From positions 1 to 64,000 of IMG/VR virus record IMGVR_UViG_2706796498_000001: 64,000 nucleotides of DNA; one strand, given 5' to 3'. This DNA comes from a virus (taxonomy: Duplodnaviria > Caudoviricetes). Positions 48,655-59,600 of the stretch are shown here, one piece after another. Within the stretch, counting starts at the first letter, position 1. Each line of letters opens with the position of its first letter. Below the pieces are notes generated by a model that was given only the letters and a program-made list of their open reading frames with translations, made no database searches and had not been told where the DNA came from. A program made the translations under genes and the position numbers.

Positions 48655-49491
48655 TTACCACCTTGTTTTAATATCTTCTATGAGACTAGTATTCTGATCA
48701 ATGGTTTGGGTAACTTTGTAGGTAACTGTTAAGCGCCGGTAGAATAGTGGTTGACTATCTAAACCATTACTCTTAGTATCTTCAATTACGTCCATACCAT
48801 TCATCTCAATCGTTGGAAGGTAAACGTTATAGTTTTCTTCCAAGGTTTGTTTTAAGTATATACGAATATAAGTAAAGATAGCAGACAAACAACGAATGGT
48901 ACTAATGTTGCTACATACAAAGTCAATTGTTACCCCTTCATTAGTATTAATGCCGATTGGACTGCTATAACCATCTTTATCAACCTTTGTATTGTAATAG
49001 AGGTCAATTTTATGCTGTCCATCATCATATGGTGGAATATACGGGAGATACACTTTATTATCTTGCAAGTTATAATTAGTTGTTTGGGGGATTGAGATAA
49101 CGCTATGAATTTCTTGATTAGGTTCAATCCAAGCAGTTGCATTTTGGGTTTTAACAACTAACTTTTCATGAATAGCTTGACCAACACTATTAGAGATAGT
49201 TTGTCCTTCAACACTCCCAAGGGCACCAGATTCATCATCTTCTTCTGAACCTTTAAATTGGAACAAAAGGAAAGCGGTAGTTGGGGCAGTAGTTGGGAAG
49301 GCAAAGTAGGTGTTAATCTTCTTTCCAAGGTGATTGCTATCAGTACAATATTCATTAATAAATGAATCTACCATATCACTAGGGAGAGAGTTAAGAATGT
49401 TGTTTTTTAGATAGTTACTATTAGCGAGAATACCAGTTAAGATTGAATTGGTTTCGTCTAATAGTAACTGATCTACATTTGTAATGGCCAT
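48655..49491 (-). CDS. neck / tail-completion protein
   Basis: MAI..VD, GSEE..GALG.VEG, FYRRLTVTYK. Confidence 0.65.
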   Translation of the reverse strand: MAITNVDQLLLDETNSILTGILANSNYLKNNILNSLPSDMVDSFINEYCTDSNHLGKKINTYFAFPTTAPTTAFLLFQFKGSEEDDESGALGSVEGQTISNSVGQAIHEKLVVKTQNATAWIEPNQEIHSVISIPQTTNYNLQDNKVYLPYIPPYDDGQHKIDLYYNTKVDKDGYSSPIGINTNEGVTIDFVCSNISTIRCLSAIFTYIRIYLKQTLEENYNVYLPTIEMNGMDVIEDTKSNGLDSQPLFYRRLTVTYKVTQTIDQNTSLIEDIKTRW

Positions 49492-50204
49492 TACATAGCC
49501 TCCTTTTGGTTGTACTGTTCAATGTTTCTAATAATGGCTTCACGAATGATATTAGATATAATTTTAGCCTTTTGAGGATCAAAAGACCGGGCGTTTACTT
49601 GTTGTTGAATAGCGTTACGTCCGACAACCCAACTCATAGGATCTGACTTATCGGACACGGTTCTGAAAGTAATGTAGTGTCCATACTTACCACCACCTGA
49701 TTGAATACGGGTAATGTTAGTGGACTTCCATTGATAAGCCAGTGCCCCCTCACCTTCACCTGAACTATTAAGGACTTTTTTAAAGCGTTCAATATTAGCA
49801 TTCTGGCCACCAGTTTCTCCAAAATTTAAGTGGCTAATATCGTCCCACAATGACCGACCATAGGCCATTCGCATTTTGGTAGTGGATTGGAAACCACCAA
49901 CTGGAATCTTTAGATACCAGCCACCATCTTTGGTTGGCTTGGCTTTGGGTGACTGCATGAAGTATGGCTTTAGATCAATGAACCTAATTTGTTCATTGGT
50001 ACTAGTATCTTCAATTACTTTATAAGCAACTTTTAAACCATTAGTGCTAAGTTTAATGGCTTGTTTACCAAAAGTTTGTTCTAGTTGCTTTTGTAACCCT
50101 TTAGCATATGAATTAACATATTTTTCTTTACTAACATCATCTTCAAGGTATTTCTTTAAAGCATTAATACCTTCACGACCAATTAAGTTACCAATACTAG
50201 CCAT
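49491..50204 (-). CDS. neck protein
   Basis: IDLKPYF..SPKAK..KDGGWYL.IP; Y.TFRTVSDKS..SW. Confidence 0.7.
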   Translation of the reverse strand: MASIGNLIGREGINALKKYLEDDVSKEKYVNSYAKGLQKQLEQTFGKQAIKLSTNGLKVAYKVIEDTSTNEQIRFIDLKPYFMQSPKAKPTKDGGWYLKIPVGGFQSTTKMRMAYGRSLWDDISHLNFGETGGQNANIERFKKVLNSSGEGEGALAYQWKSTNITRIQSGGGKYGHYITFRTVSDKSDPMSWVVGRNAIQQQVNARSFDPQKAKIISNIIREAIIRNIEQYNQKEAM

Positions 50205-50206
50205 GA

Positions 50207-51181
50207 TTAATCACCTAAGAAGTCATTCATTTCAGTAACCCGTGGATCAGTAATGGCTGTATTACCATTGCTTTCCTTATTAGTAAGATTAATATTTGAG
50301 AAATATAGGTTTTCCCGCTTTAACCTTAACTGGGGTGGCAAACGGTAGATTTGTTTCTTGCTAGTATCAATTAGCTTCCCATCTCGGTTTTGAACTTGTG
50401 GAAATTTAACCTGATCCATCTGCATAGCCTGTTGATTACTAAGGTAACTATTAAGGGTCGTATAATCACTGGTTTCATCGCTACTAATTTCACCAGTACC
50501 ATTACCAAGTGCCCACAGCTTTTGAGCTAGGTTTAGGTATTTTTGGTAACGTAATTCCTTCTCAAGGCTAACTACATAGAAACGCTTAACTACCTCTAGG
50601 CTTAGGGAGATAGTACTATTCAACAGTTGATCGTTAGTTACTTTTAAGAAGTCGCCATCAAGAGTTAAGTCACCCTCTTTTAGCCGGGATAAACTACCAC
50701 CTGAAATGGTATAGGCTTCATTAATGGATTGTACTTTATATGGTAAATAGATACCATTATTCAATCGTTGCTGGTCTACATTGAAGATATAATTTTCACT
50801 AGTAGTCCAACCGGGGACTGTAATACGATCTCCGGGTTTAATTCCTTGCTCAACTTGGTTAATAGTAACTTGAGGAGTTGCCAAGGTTGCCCCATTTTGA
50901 TCTAGCCCTTGTGTATTTAGACTAAACTGTTTTTGATCAGATAGAAAAGCAATATCCAAAGATTTAGGGTGCATGAAGATAAATCCCTGTCCATGACAGA
51001 TTGGGCAATCTGGTTTTGGTTGTAAGGTTTGTGGGTCAACACAGGGACACTTATAGGACTGTTCATAGATACTTTCAATCGAATGTTGTTCGATTAATTG
51101 GACAACGTATTTAATTTCGATCGGTTTCATTTGTGACTGAACATAGAGTGGGTTCAGACGTTCAACTGTTTCATTTTCCAT
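50207..51181 (-). CDS. head-closure-like virion protein
   Basis: CPC..T.QP...CPICHGQG, GIKPGDRITV; TATATTAA upstream. Confidence 0.7.
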   Translation of the reverse strand: MENETVERLNPLYVQSQMKPIEIKYVVQLIEQHSIESIYEQSYKCPCVDPQTLQPKPDCPICHGQGFIFMHPKSLDIAFLSDQKQFSLNTQGLDQNGATLATPQVTINQVEQGIKPGDRITVPGWTTSENYIFNVDQQRLNNGIYLPYKVQSINEAYTISGGSLSRLKEGDLTLDGDFLKVTNDQLLNSTISLSLEVVKRFYVVSLEKELRYQKYLNLAQKLWALGNGTGEISSDETSDYTTLNSYLSNQQAMQMDQVKFPQVQNRDGKLIDTSKKQIYRLPPQLRLKRENLYFSNINLTNKESNGNTAITDPRVTEMNDFLGD

Positions 51182-51287
51182 TTAATCACCACCATTTCTT
51201 ATTTAATATAACCCGTTAACCTAAAAAAAGTGTTGACAATTAACTATGATTGTTACATAATAAAGATGTCATAAGATAATAAAAGGA

Positions 51288-51512
51288 GTGATTAATTTGT
51301 TAAATGGTTATGGAAAGTATCTCAAGAAGCATGGGATTAGTCAGGTGAAACTAGCTGAATTTGAGGGTGTTTTCAAACAGTCAGTTAATTACCGGGCGCA
51401 TTCTAAGTTTGGTAATATCCGTTTTTGCCATATGGAAAGCCTTGCTAAGTTTGTCAACAAGACGACAGGCGAAGTAATGGAAGAGTGTTTAGATTTAGAA
51501 GAAGGGAAGTAG
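51288..51512 (+). CDS. XRE-like HTH protein
   Basis: YLKKHGISQ.KLA...GV..QSVN; TTGACA promoter at 51233. Confidence 0.65.
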   Translation: MINLLNGYGKYLKKHGISQVKLAEFEGVFKQSVNYRAHSKFGNIRFCHMESLAKFVNKTTGEVMEECLDLEEGK

Positions 51513-51519
51513 TAATACT

Positions 51520-51777
51520 ATGGTTAGCCCAGATCGATTAAATGCAATTGGTATGTATGTTAAGAATCATGACATTGACAAAGAACAGTTTGCGAAGATT
51601 ATTAAAGTACCTCTTAATGTTTTAAATTCTGACCTTGCTTATCAAGGAAATATCTATAATAAGTCTGTAAGGTTCTATTATGCTTTGGCTAAGGTTTCTG
51701 GTTTACCTTTAGATGATATAATTAAGGAAATCAGAAAACTTGATACAAGTATCAAGAAACAACGAGGTGAAGATTAG
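51520..51777 (+). CDS. XRE-like HTH protein
   Basis: HDID.EQFAKII.V..N.LN...ALAKV.G.PLD.II. Confidence 0.6.
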   Translation: MVSPDRLNAIGMYVKNHDIDKEQFAKIIKVPLNVLNSDLAYQGNIYNKSVRFYYALAKVSGLPLDDIIKEIRKLDTSIKKQRGED

Positions 51778-52422
51778 ATGGCAACAAGTCAACAACGAGA
51801 ACAGATCTTAAAGGAAATGCGAGAGAAGGAACGTCAGCAAGCTGAAATTGCTAAGCGGACGGGTCGGGCACCAGTAGGTGGAATGGCTCCCAAAGAAGAA
51901 GAAAAGAAGGTTAAGAAGGACGATACCCCCGTAGATACTGATTTACGGGTTAAGCAATTAGAGGAACAGTTAAAGAAGGCCAAGGAAGAAAATGCTGATT
52001 TAACTGATCAACTTGACGCTAAGAATAGTTCTAAGCGGTATTCCAAGGAACAAGAAGCATTAGCTGATATTACTAGCTCGAATGACGCTTATCATTTTGT
52101 CAAGGAATATACTTATGATGTTAGTTACCCTACCAATGGAACTAAGCAAAAGAAGATTGTGGTTAAAATGCACGCACCGAGCGTAGCAGAACAGGCCAAG
52201 ATTCAAGGGAATTACGTTGAGTTGACTAATGGTTTAGGTGATGGCTTCCTAGCTAATGCAAAGGATTTATTCCTAGCTATTGCTTACTTCCAAGTAGTTG
52301 GTGATAATGTCCCTGTATGGTTTACTAATTTAGATAACACTTATCGGACAGATGTGTTATTCCAAGTATGGGGGGACTACCAAGAATGGTTATACTCCTT
52401 TCTGGACACCCAAGCACAATAA
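51778..52422 (+). CDS. tail assembly chaperone (short G form)
   Basis: KMHAPSV.EQ.KI, LA..Q.VG..VP.WF; upstream of the tape measure. Confidence 0.7.
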   Translation: MATSQQREQILKEMREKERQQAEIAKRTGRAPVGGMAPKEEEKKVKKDDTPVDTDLRVKQLEEQLKKAKEENADLTDQLDAKNSSKRYSKEQEALADITSSNDAYHFVKEYTYDVSYPTNGTKQKKIVVKMHAPSVAEQAKIQGNYVELTNGLGDGFLANAKDLFLAIAYFQVVGDNVPVWFTNLDNTYRTDVLFQVWGDYQEWLYSFLDTQAQ

Positions 52423-52966
52423 AGATGATGAAGTTGAGAATTACAACCCATTAGTTAGTCCCGCAATTAATAAGGTTGGTGGGATTGAACCGCTAGTTAA
52501 GTCAGTTTCTGGTCGTAACTTGTGGGCAATCATGAAATTTTTCAGGGTTCTTCCTAATGACCCTAAACTTAGGTCATTAACCTATGCACAGCGTGAATTT
52601 ATCATTCAGTCTATGAATGAGGACGTTCGTGAACAAGAATTGGCCGCTAAGGGTATGGAAGAAACGGCTTCGTACTCTGATGATAGTTTTGAAAAGAAGT
52701 TCTATTCTAACAAGGAAGAAGATCTTCTTGAGGGTGATGAAGATCTAGATAAACTTTATCAACAGTCCTTACAATTAAAGCAAAAGACAGATATTAATGC
52801 TGGTATGCAAGCTAAGGACTTATCACAGTATGATAAAGAAATTACTGAAAAGATCAATACTGCCCTGTATGAACATCAAAAGAAACAAGAAAGTGCCCAC
52901 CAACAGATTCAACAGAATTGGGACGACATTCTTAAAGATTCTAAACAGTATCAAGATAATGATTAA
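52400..52966 (+). CDS. tail assembly chaperone, frameshift extension (GT form)
   Basis: +1 frame with no RBS; GGIEPL...RNLWAIMK..VLPNDP..LT.AQ.EFI; candidate slip at TCC TTT C (52396-52402). Confidence 0.65.
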   Translation, partial: FWTPKHNKDDEVENYNPLVSPAINKVGGIEPLVKSVSGRNLWAIMKFFRVLPNDPKLRSLTYAQREFIIQSMNEDVREQELAAKGMEETASYSDDSFEKKFYSNKEEDLLEGDEDLDKLYQQSLQLKQKTDINAGMQAKDLSQYDKEITEKINTALYEHQKKQESAHQQIQQNWDDILKDSKQYQDND

Positions 52967-53022
52967 GACCTACCGAAAAGTAGGTCTTTTCTTGTATATT
53001 ACGATTGATAGGTGGTGAAATA

Positions 53023-56000
53023 ATGACTGAATATGATTTAACATTAAAGCTGGCAAGTGGGACTGCTGTTCCTTTACAAAAACGAGTTAAACAGCTTGAG
53101 AAAGAAATTGACCAGGTTTATAAATCCGGGATTAACAACAATAATACAATCTCTAATAAGCGGTCTACTAATTTACAACGTGATCTAGTATACGCACTTA
53201 ACCAACTCAAGGAACAACAGGATAACCTTGAGGGTGAATTAAATAGTACCACCCTTTATAACCGACAGGCTTATCAACAATTGGTTGACGCCTTGGATAA
53301 AGCTACCCAAGGAATTGACCAGATTAATTCCTTAGCCAACAGTGATAAATATCAAGATATTCAGTCATTTAATCTATCCTCATCAAAGGTATATCAGAGT
53401 TCAGAGTATGCTGATCAACAACAAGCCAACGATTTTGTTAATTCTGAATTAGGTAAAGAAGTTAAGAATATCGTTTTACGATCAACAACTCAATCTAATC
53501 GTTGGAATCAGAGTGTCGATTCTGGGGTTGTTACTTACCAAAAGTATCAGGAGTATGTATCAAATAATCAGTATACCCGAGAAAAAATAACTGATTTAGA
53601 TAGCCAAGTAACTGATCAACGGAATAACATTCAATCCCAAATTGACGTATTAAGTTCTCAACAAGATCAAATTAAGGGCCAAGATAGTTTAAGTGTCGAT
53701 GATGTAAACACCCTAGCGGGAATTAGGGAGCAATTAAATAACTTATCAAAGAGTGGTAAGTATCTAGATGAGTTGTCTAATCGGCTAACTCAAGCTCAAG
53801 AAGCGGTTACTAGGACTGGTGAAGCAATTCACGCTAAGACCAGTATTGATAATGTTACTAATAATACTGATACCAAAGATACCATTAAGGTATTACCTAG
53901 CAATGATTCTATTGCTGGGTATATCCACAATCACCGTTCTTTCTTAATTCGTCAAGCAGTTAGAACCGCTTTAATTGCTGGCCCTTATTATGTATCACAA
54001 GGTAGCAATGCTCGTCTTACTACCTTTAATAATATCGCAGGGGCTATGTATGCACGAGGCGGTGGTGATAATAGTATTGTTAATACCCTAGGTAACAATA
54101 AGTTAGGAATGGACTTATCAGAAAGTTCAGCTTATCTAGGGGCGTATACTCGCAATACTGGTAAGGGTAATCTATCAAACAAGTCTATTTCTAAACTTAC
54201 CAACACTTGGGGAGCTTTAGCACTTACCAACGGAGCAAGTAGTAATACAGTCGCTAATTTGTTAGGTGTGGCCGCGCTTACTAATACGCAAGGATTGTCA
54301 GCAAGTGATAGTGAGCGTTTAGCAGACGCAATTCAGAATAGTCTAACCAATTCTCATACTAGTGCGAAGGCTGATTCCCAATTAAAAGCCTTATCTAGTA
54401 TGTATCAGACTGCGGCAACTAGTGGTAAGTTGACCACCAAAGATCAGATTAATATTGCTGGTTTCCAGTCAATGATGAGTAAGACTGGTTCTTCTTGGCA
54501 AGGTAGCGCAGGTGCCCAAGCCTATTCTGGTTTAGCTAATGTATCTAATAATGCTAATAGCCAAAACCAACAGTTATCATTATGGTTAGATAACAAGAAC
54601 TTTACTGGGTATAATCAATCCGGTAATATGGTAGCCTTAAAGACTGCACAACGGGCTAAGTCAGACCCTTATTTATACAAGACACCTATTGGTAACTTAT
54701 ATCGGACTGCTAGACAGCAAACCAGTAGCAAGTCCGGGGCAATTGCAGTTACTACTCAAAACTTGGTAACTTTGTCTGGAAACTCACTATCATATGAACA
54801 GGCTAATTCATTAGTCAAGTTGTATGCTGATGGCAAGTTTACCCGTGCTAACGTTAAGAAACAGACTAAAGGTAAAGGGGTAAATAGTAAGAAGTATCAT
54901 AAGACTGGTACTAGCTCCATTCGCTCCCAACAGCAAGCAATTCAATCATCACAAATTAAAGCGTCCCAATCAATAGATGGTTTAAGACGTAATCTAAGCT
55001 CCTTTACCCATTCTCACCCAATGATAAGTGCAATTGGTTTTGTTGGCGGAAGTGCCTTGATGGGGGCTAGTGATGGTATTATCAATGCCGCTATTGAGGG
55101 TGGTTCACTAGCTACAATGGGGGCTGGTGTAAAGAGTGTTGCTAAATCTGGGCTTTCGGTTTTGTCCAAAATGCCTAAGACAGGTAAAGTTGGTACCATT
55201 GTTGGTATAGGTGTTGGGATTGGAACTGGTTTGTTATTAATGTCAGGCAATGCTAAGGCAAGTACCAAAGACAAGGATAACAAAGCCAAGATGACCAGTA
55301 CGCAATCACGTACACAATCACGTACACAAAATAGTCAAGCATATACACCACGTAAAAAGTCAGCTAAGCATAAAAGTATTCTTACTAGTATTAAGGACGG
55401 GGTTTTACATTTTCTGTCCGAGCTAGGCGTATATCGTGTTAAACACAAAGATGTTAATGCTTCTCAAAAGCAATTAATTAAGCACTTGAGAATGTGGTTC
55501 AACGAGATATATAAGAAAGTTAAGAATGCGGCCAAGAATGGTTCAAGTGATTCTAAGACTGCTGGTGACGTTTCCAATGATGGGGCAACTAAGTCAAAGG
55601 AATACTGGTTAAAGAAGGCCAAGGAAGTTGCTAAGGCAATGGGGGTTGACATTAGTGATTCACAGCTAGAAAACTTAATGAAGTTAATTGCGGGCGAATC
55701 CAACTATGATCAAACCATTACTCAACAAATTCAAGATGTTAATTCAGCTAATGGTGACCCAGCCAAAGGGTTATTACAGATGATTCAAGGAACCTTTAAC
55801 AAGTATAAAGTTAAAGGTCATGATAATATCCTTTCCGGGGTTGATCAACTTTATGCTTTCTTTAACATTGCTAACTGGGCCAGTTATCTCTATGGTCACG
55901 CTGGTTGGTCACCTTCTGGCCCTACCCGAGGTTATGCTAATGGGGGCTTAGTAACTCATGCTACCGGGGGTAGTATGACAGGCCCTATTCAAGGTATGCG

Positions 56001-56259
56001 TACTAGCCGAGAAAGTGCCCCAGTATCTATGCTTGACTTGAGGGCTTTGCAGACTCGTTACACAACCCTTAACCAAGCTAATAGCGTTGTTCATAGGGTA
56101 AAGAGAAATGCTCCGAAAATAAAAGTTAAAATAGATACGTCACAAGCCGTTCAAAGCCGGAATAAAAATGATATTATAGATAGTATCATTAACGATACAT
56201 TTAATGCGTGGGTTAATAATAGCCAACAACAGATAATGTTAGACTACTACTCACATTAA
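53023..56259 (+). CDS. tape measure protein with C-terminal lytic transglycosylase (SLT) domain
   Basis: follows the chaperone; LIAGESN..DVNS..GDPAKGLLQMIQGTF; ATG at 53023 after GGTGGTGA. Confidence 0.82.
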   Translation: MTEYDLTLKLASGTAVPLQKRVKQLEKEIDQVYKSGINNNNTISNKRSTNLQRDLVYALNQLKEQQDNLEGELNSTTLYNRQAYQQLVDALDKATQGIDQINSLANSDKYQDIQSFNLSSSKVYQSSEYADQQQANDFVNSELGKEVKNIVLRSTTQSNRWNQSVDSGVVTYQKYQEYVSNNQYTREKITDLDSQVTDQRNNIQSQIDVLSSQQDQIKGQDSLSVDDVNTLAGIREQLNNLSKSGKYLDELSNRLTQAQEAVTRTGEAIHAKTSIDNVTNNTDTKDTIKVLPSNDSIAGYIHNHRSFLIRQAVRTALIAGPYYVSQGSNARLTTFNNIAGAMYARGGGDNSIVNTLGNNKLGMDLSESSAYLGAYTRNTGKGNLSNKSISKLTNTWGALALTNGASSNTVANLLGVAALTNTQGLSASDSERLADAIQNSLTNSHTSAKADSQLKALSSMYQTAATSGKLTTKDQINIAGFQSMMSKTGSSWQGSAGAQAYSGLANVSNNANSQNQQLSLWLDNKNFTGYNQSGNMVALKTAQRAKSDPYLYKTPIGNLYRTARQQTSSKSGAIAVTTQNLVTLSGNSLSYEQANSLVKLYADGKFTRANVKKQTKGKGVNSKKYHKTGTSSIRSQQQAIQSSQIKASQSIDGLRRNLSSFTHSHPMISAIGFVGGSALMGASDGIINAAIEGGSLATMGAGVKSVAKSGLSVLSKMPKTGKVGTIVGIGVGIGTGLLLMSGNAKASTKDKDNKAKMTSTQSRTQSRTQNSQAYTPRKKSAKHKSILTSIKDGVLHFLSELGVYRVKHKDVNASQKQLIKHLRMWFNEIYKKVKNAAKNGSSDSKTAGDVSNDGATKSKEYWLKKAKEVAKAMGVDISDSQLENLMKLIAGESNYDQTITQQIQDVNSANGDPAKGLLQMIQGTFNKYKVKGHDNILSGVDQLYAFFNIANWASYLYGHAGWSPSGPTRGYANGGLVTHATGGSMTGPIQGMRTSRESAPVSMLDLRALQTRYTTLNQANSVVHRVKRNAPKIKVKIDTSQAVQSRNKNDIIDSIINDTFNAWVNNSQQQIMLDYYSH

Positions 56260-56271
56260 GGAGGAACTAGA

Positions 56272-56616
56272 ATGCACTTTGTAATCTATGAAAAGACAGA
56301 CTGTTCTAATTGTATGCGTACGATGGCCCTGTTGCGGGGCATGAAGTCCGCTGTTGCTACTAACTACTATGGTGATGAATCAAAGCCTAATCTAGCTGAT
56401 TTCACGACTGATGACCCAGACAAGGTTGCTTATCGGGAACACTTGGTAGATAAGTTAAAGACCCGTTATAATGCAATGTCATTCCCGGTAGTTAAGGTTG
56501 TGGACAAGGATAACAACCTTATTGATTATTGGGACGGCTTTAACCCCAAGAAGATTTTTGAGTATGGAAAAAAGACCGATCAAGAAGAACTACAAGTAGT
56601 CAATGAGGAACACTAG
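56272..56616 (+). CDS. NrdH/glutaredoxin-like redoxin
   Basis: IYEK.DCSNC, SFPVV, WDGF.P. Confidence 0.8.
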   Translation: MHFVIYEKTDCSNCMRTMALLRGMKSAVATNYYGDESKPNLADFTTDDPDKVAYREHLVDKLKTRYNAMSFPVVKVVDKDNNLIDYWDGFNPKKIFEYGKKTDQEELQVVNEEH

Positions 56617-56660
56617 GCTATATTAAAGTAGAACAAACCTTATAGAAAGGACTAAAATTA

Positions 56661-59600
56661 ATGGCAACAATTGATACAAGCGTTTTGCCTTACAATAATA
56701 AATTTAATCGGGCAAAGCGTTTTAGCGAGGTGCTATTTCGTCCGGGACGCCCCGCCCTTTCCCAAGAGTTATTAGAAGAACAATCAATTAAAAATGACCA
56801 GTTAAATATGCTAGGATCAACCGTGTTTGCCGAGGGTGCGGTAGTTTCTGGTATGCAGGTGGTACCAGTAGCTACTACGGCTTCTTCTACCAGTAATAGT
56901 CAAAACCTATTTAGTGTCGCCACTCTTAGTGCTACTAATGCAACCCTTTCTACGACTGATTATGTAGCTAAGGGTAACATTAACTTTACCAGTGCGGCTA
57001 ACGTTAGTACAGACCAATCAGCAATGGGTTTCAGTGTTAATGTTACTAAGGGCTTAGGTCTAACTATTGCCTTTAACGTTACCAAGACTACAGGTATTCT
57101 AGATAAGTTAAATCTGGACTTTGATGGTTCTCAACTTACTTTAAAGAAGTGGACACTTGATGGAGTAACAATGCTTAATTCGTCATTAACAGATATGGCG
57201 AGTGCGAACTACAACATTGATTCAAATAATAATCAGGTAAACATTAATACTACTACTGCACACAAAGTGGTTGTTGTGTTCGATACCCTGATTTCTGGTA
57301 ATACAGACTTAGCATTATATATTAATGCGGGGTATGATAACTCAAATTCCATTGTAGGGGTTGTAATTAATAACCCAATGGCTGTGGAAGGAACAACCGA
57401 AAAGCCTTATGTAATTTCTAGTAAGGACACAACCACTGCTTCTAGCACAGAGAAGGTTAAGAATTACAAAGTTACTGCTGGTCGAGTATGGTTAGGTGGG
57501 CTAGTTCGTGAATTTGATGAACAAACCTTTTCCATTACTGGGACTGGTAAGGAAACAATTGGTTTATCCTTAAATGAAACCATTGTTACTAGCGCCGATG
57601 ATAAGGATTTATTAGATGATACACCGGGTACGGTTACAAATGGTTTAGCTGGGGCTGACCGTTTGAAGTATCAAGTGGTATTAACCTATAATGATAATTC
57701 AGCAGTTGACTTCGTTGTATTCCAAGATAATGTTATTAATCAAAGTGAGGTTCGACCAGACTATACTAATATCACCAAGATTTTAGCTAAGCGGACTTAT
57801 GACCAGTCGGGTTCTTTCCGAACAGAAGGCTTTGAGGTTCACCCTCACTTAAACTCTGATTCATCTAAGGGCGCTCAAGACCCAATGGACGCTAACAAGA
57901 TTCTGTTAGATGTAGATAAGGGTCAAGCGTATGTTCAAGGTTATTCAATTGCCACCGATTCGACAACTAATTTAAGGGTACGAATTGCTAATGATACAGG
58001 AACTACTACCAATGAAGGTCACTATTACAAGGGTGACGGTAGTAAGTATGAACTAATTAATCAACCTGTTAAGGCAGTTAATGGGGTTAGCTTTACTTCA
58101 CGTAAAACAGTAACTTATACTCGTCCTGTTGGTGGTGGTAACTTAGATACGTTTACTCCAGATAATGTTACCTATATTCGTCAGGTTTATGATAACACCC
58201 ACCAATATACAGCAGGTGTAGATTTTACTTACGTTAATAATGTTATTCACTGGGGCCAAGATCTTTCTGGTAAGTCTTTGGCTGGGGCTAATGTCCCTAA
58301 TCAAGGTCAATCATATACAGTAGTTTATGACTACTCAACTAACGCAGTTCAAGGTACTGATTATACTGTGGTTACAGAGGGTGGAACCACGTATATTGAT
58401 ATTGATGATTCAAAAGGTGCTAAGCCAGTAGCAGGTTCGACTATCACGGTATCTTATGTATACTTTGAAGCACGAATTGATATGATTAGAATTACAATGG
58501 ATAACTCAAATCCATTTAAGATTATCGAAGGGCAACCGGCCCCACTTGCTTCGGTTACTCCACCAGTGGTTAATGACCCTTACTCTTTGGAATTAGGGTA
58601 TGTATTAATCTATCCTAACTCTCACAATGCAGTCTTTACTATGCAGACTGTAACTCGGCAAACCTTTGAAACACTACAACAATGGGGACGCCGGTTAACT
58701 AACACCGAATACAATTTAGCGATTGCTAACATGAACCAAACAGTTGCCCGGTCAGAAGATCCTAGCTTGATGAAAGATGTTCTTTCTGACAGTTTTAACA
58801 CGATTAACAACCGTGATGACGCTAACTCTACGGTTGCCTATGACTTTGAAAACGGTGAAATCCTATTACCTAGTCAAGCAATGGCCGACTTAACTCCTAC
58901 TATTGACTATGATAATTCACAAGTAGCCATTAAGGGATCGTCAGTTGCCCCTAAGGGTTCATTAGTTACCCCACCATATCATGAAGAAGTGGCTATTAAT
59001 CAGCCAATTTCAACTGGGACAACCAATGTTAATGAATTTAATATCTTTAGTGCTAATGGTACTTTGACAATCAATCCTGCTAGTGATAACTGGATTGATA
59101 CAGATTCTACTACGGTTACTCGGGAAACTGACGCTGGTAAGGTTAGCCTTAATAAGTGGTGGTACCATACCAATGGTGACGTAGCCGTTGGTCGGACGGG
59201 TAAAACCCAATCTTATGCTGACGCTATTAGTCAACAGTACCAATACTCTAACTTACAGGGTATTAATTGGATCAATGAAGGTCTACAAACTGGGTATATG
59301 CTAACCGATGGTGGATCTACCACTACTGAAAGTGCTATTGAGTACATGCGGCAACGAACCATTTCATTTGTGGCTCAAAACTTACCGGCCTTTTCTGACG
59401 GATATAAGATCACCATTGATGGGGTAGCGGCTCTTGACCCAACGCCTGCTAGTGATGATTATAAAGGTACTAATGGAGCCTTTAAGACTAATGCTAATGG
59501 TGAAATTCGTGGTACCTTTACGATTCCGGGTGGGGTAATTCGTTGTGGTACTCGGACGGTTAAGATTATTGATAATGCTAATGATCAGGCAAGCACCAAC

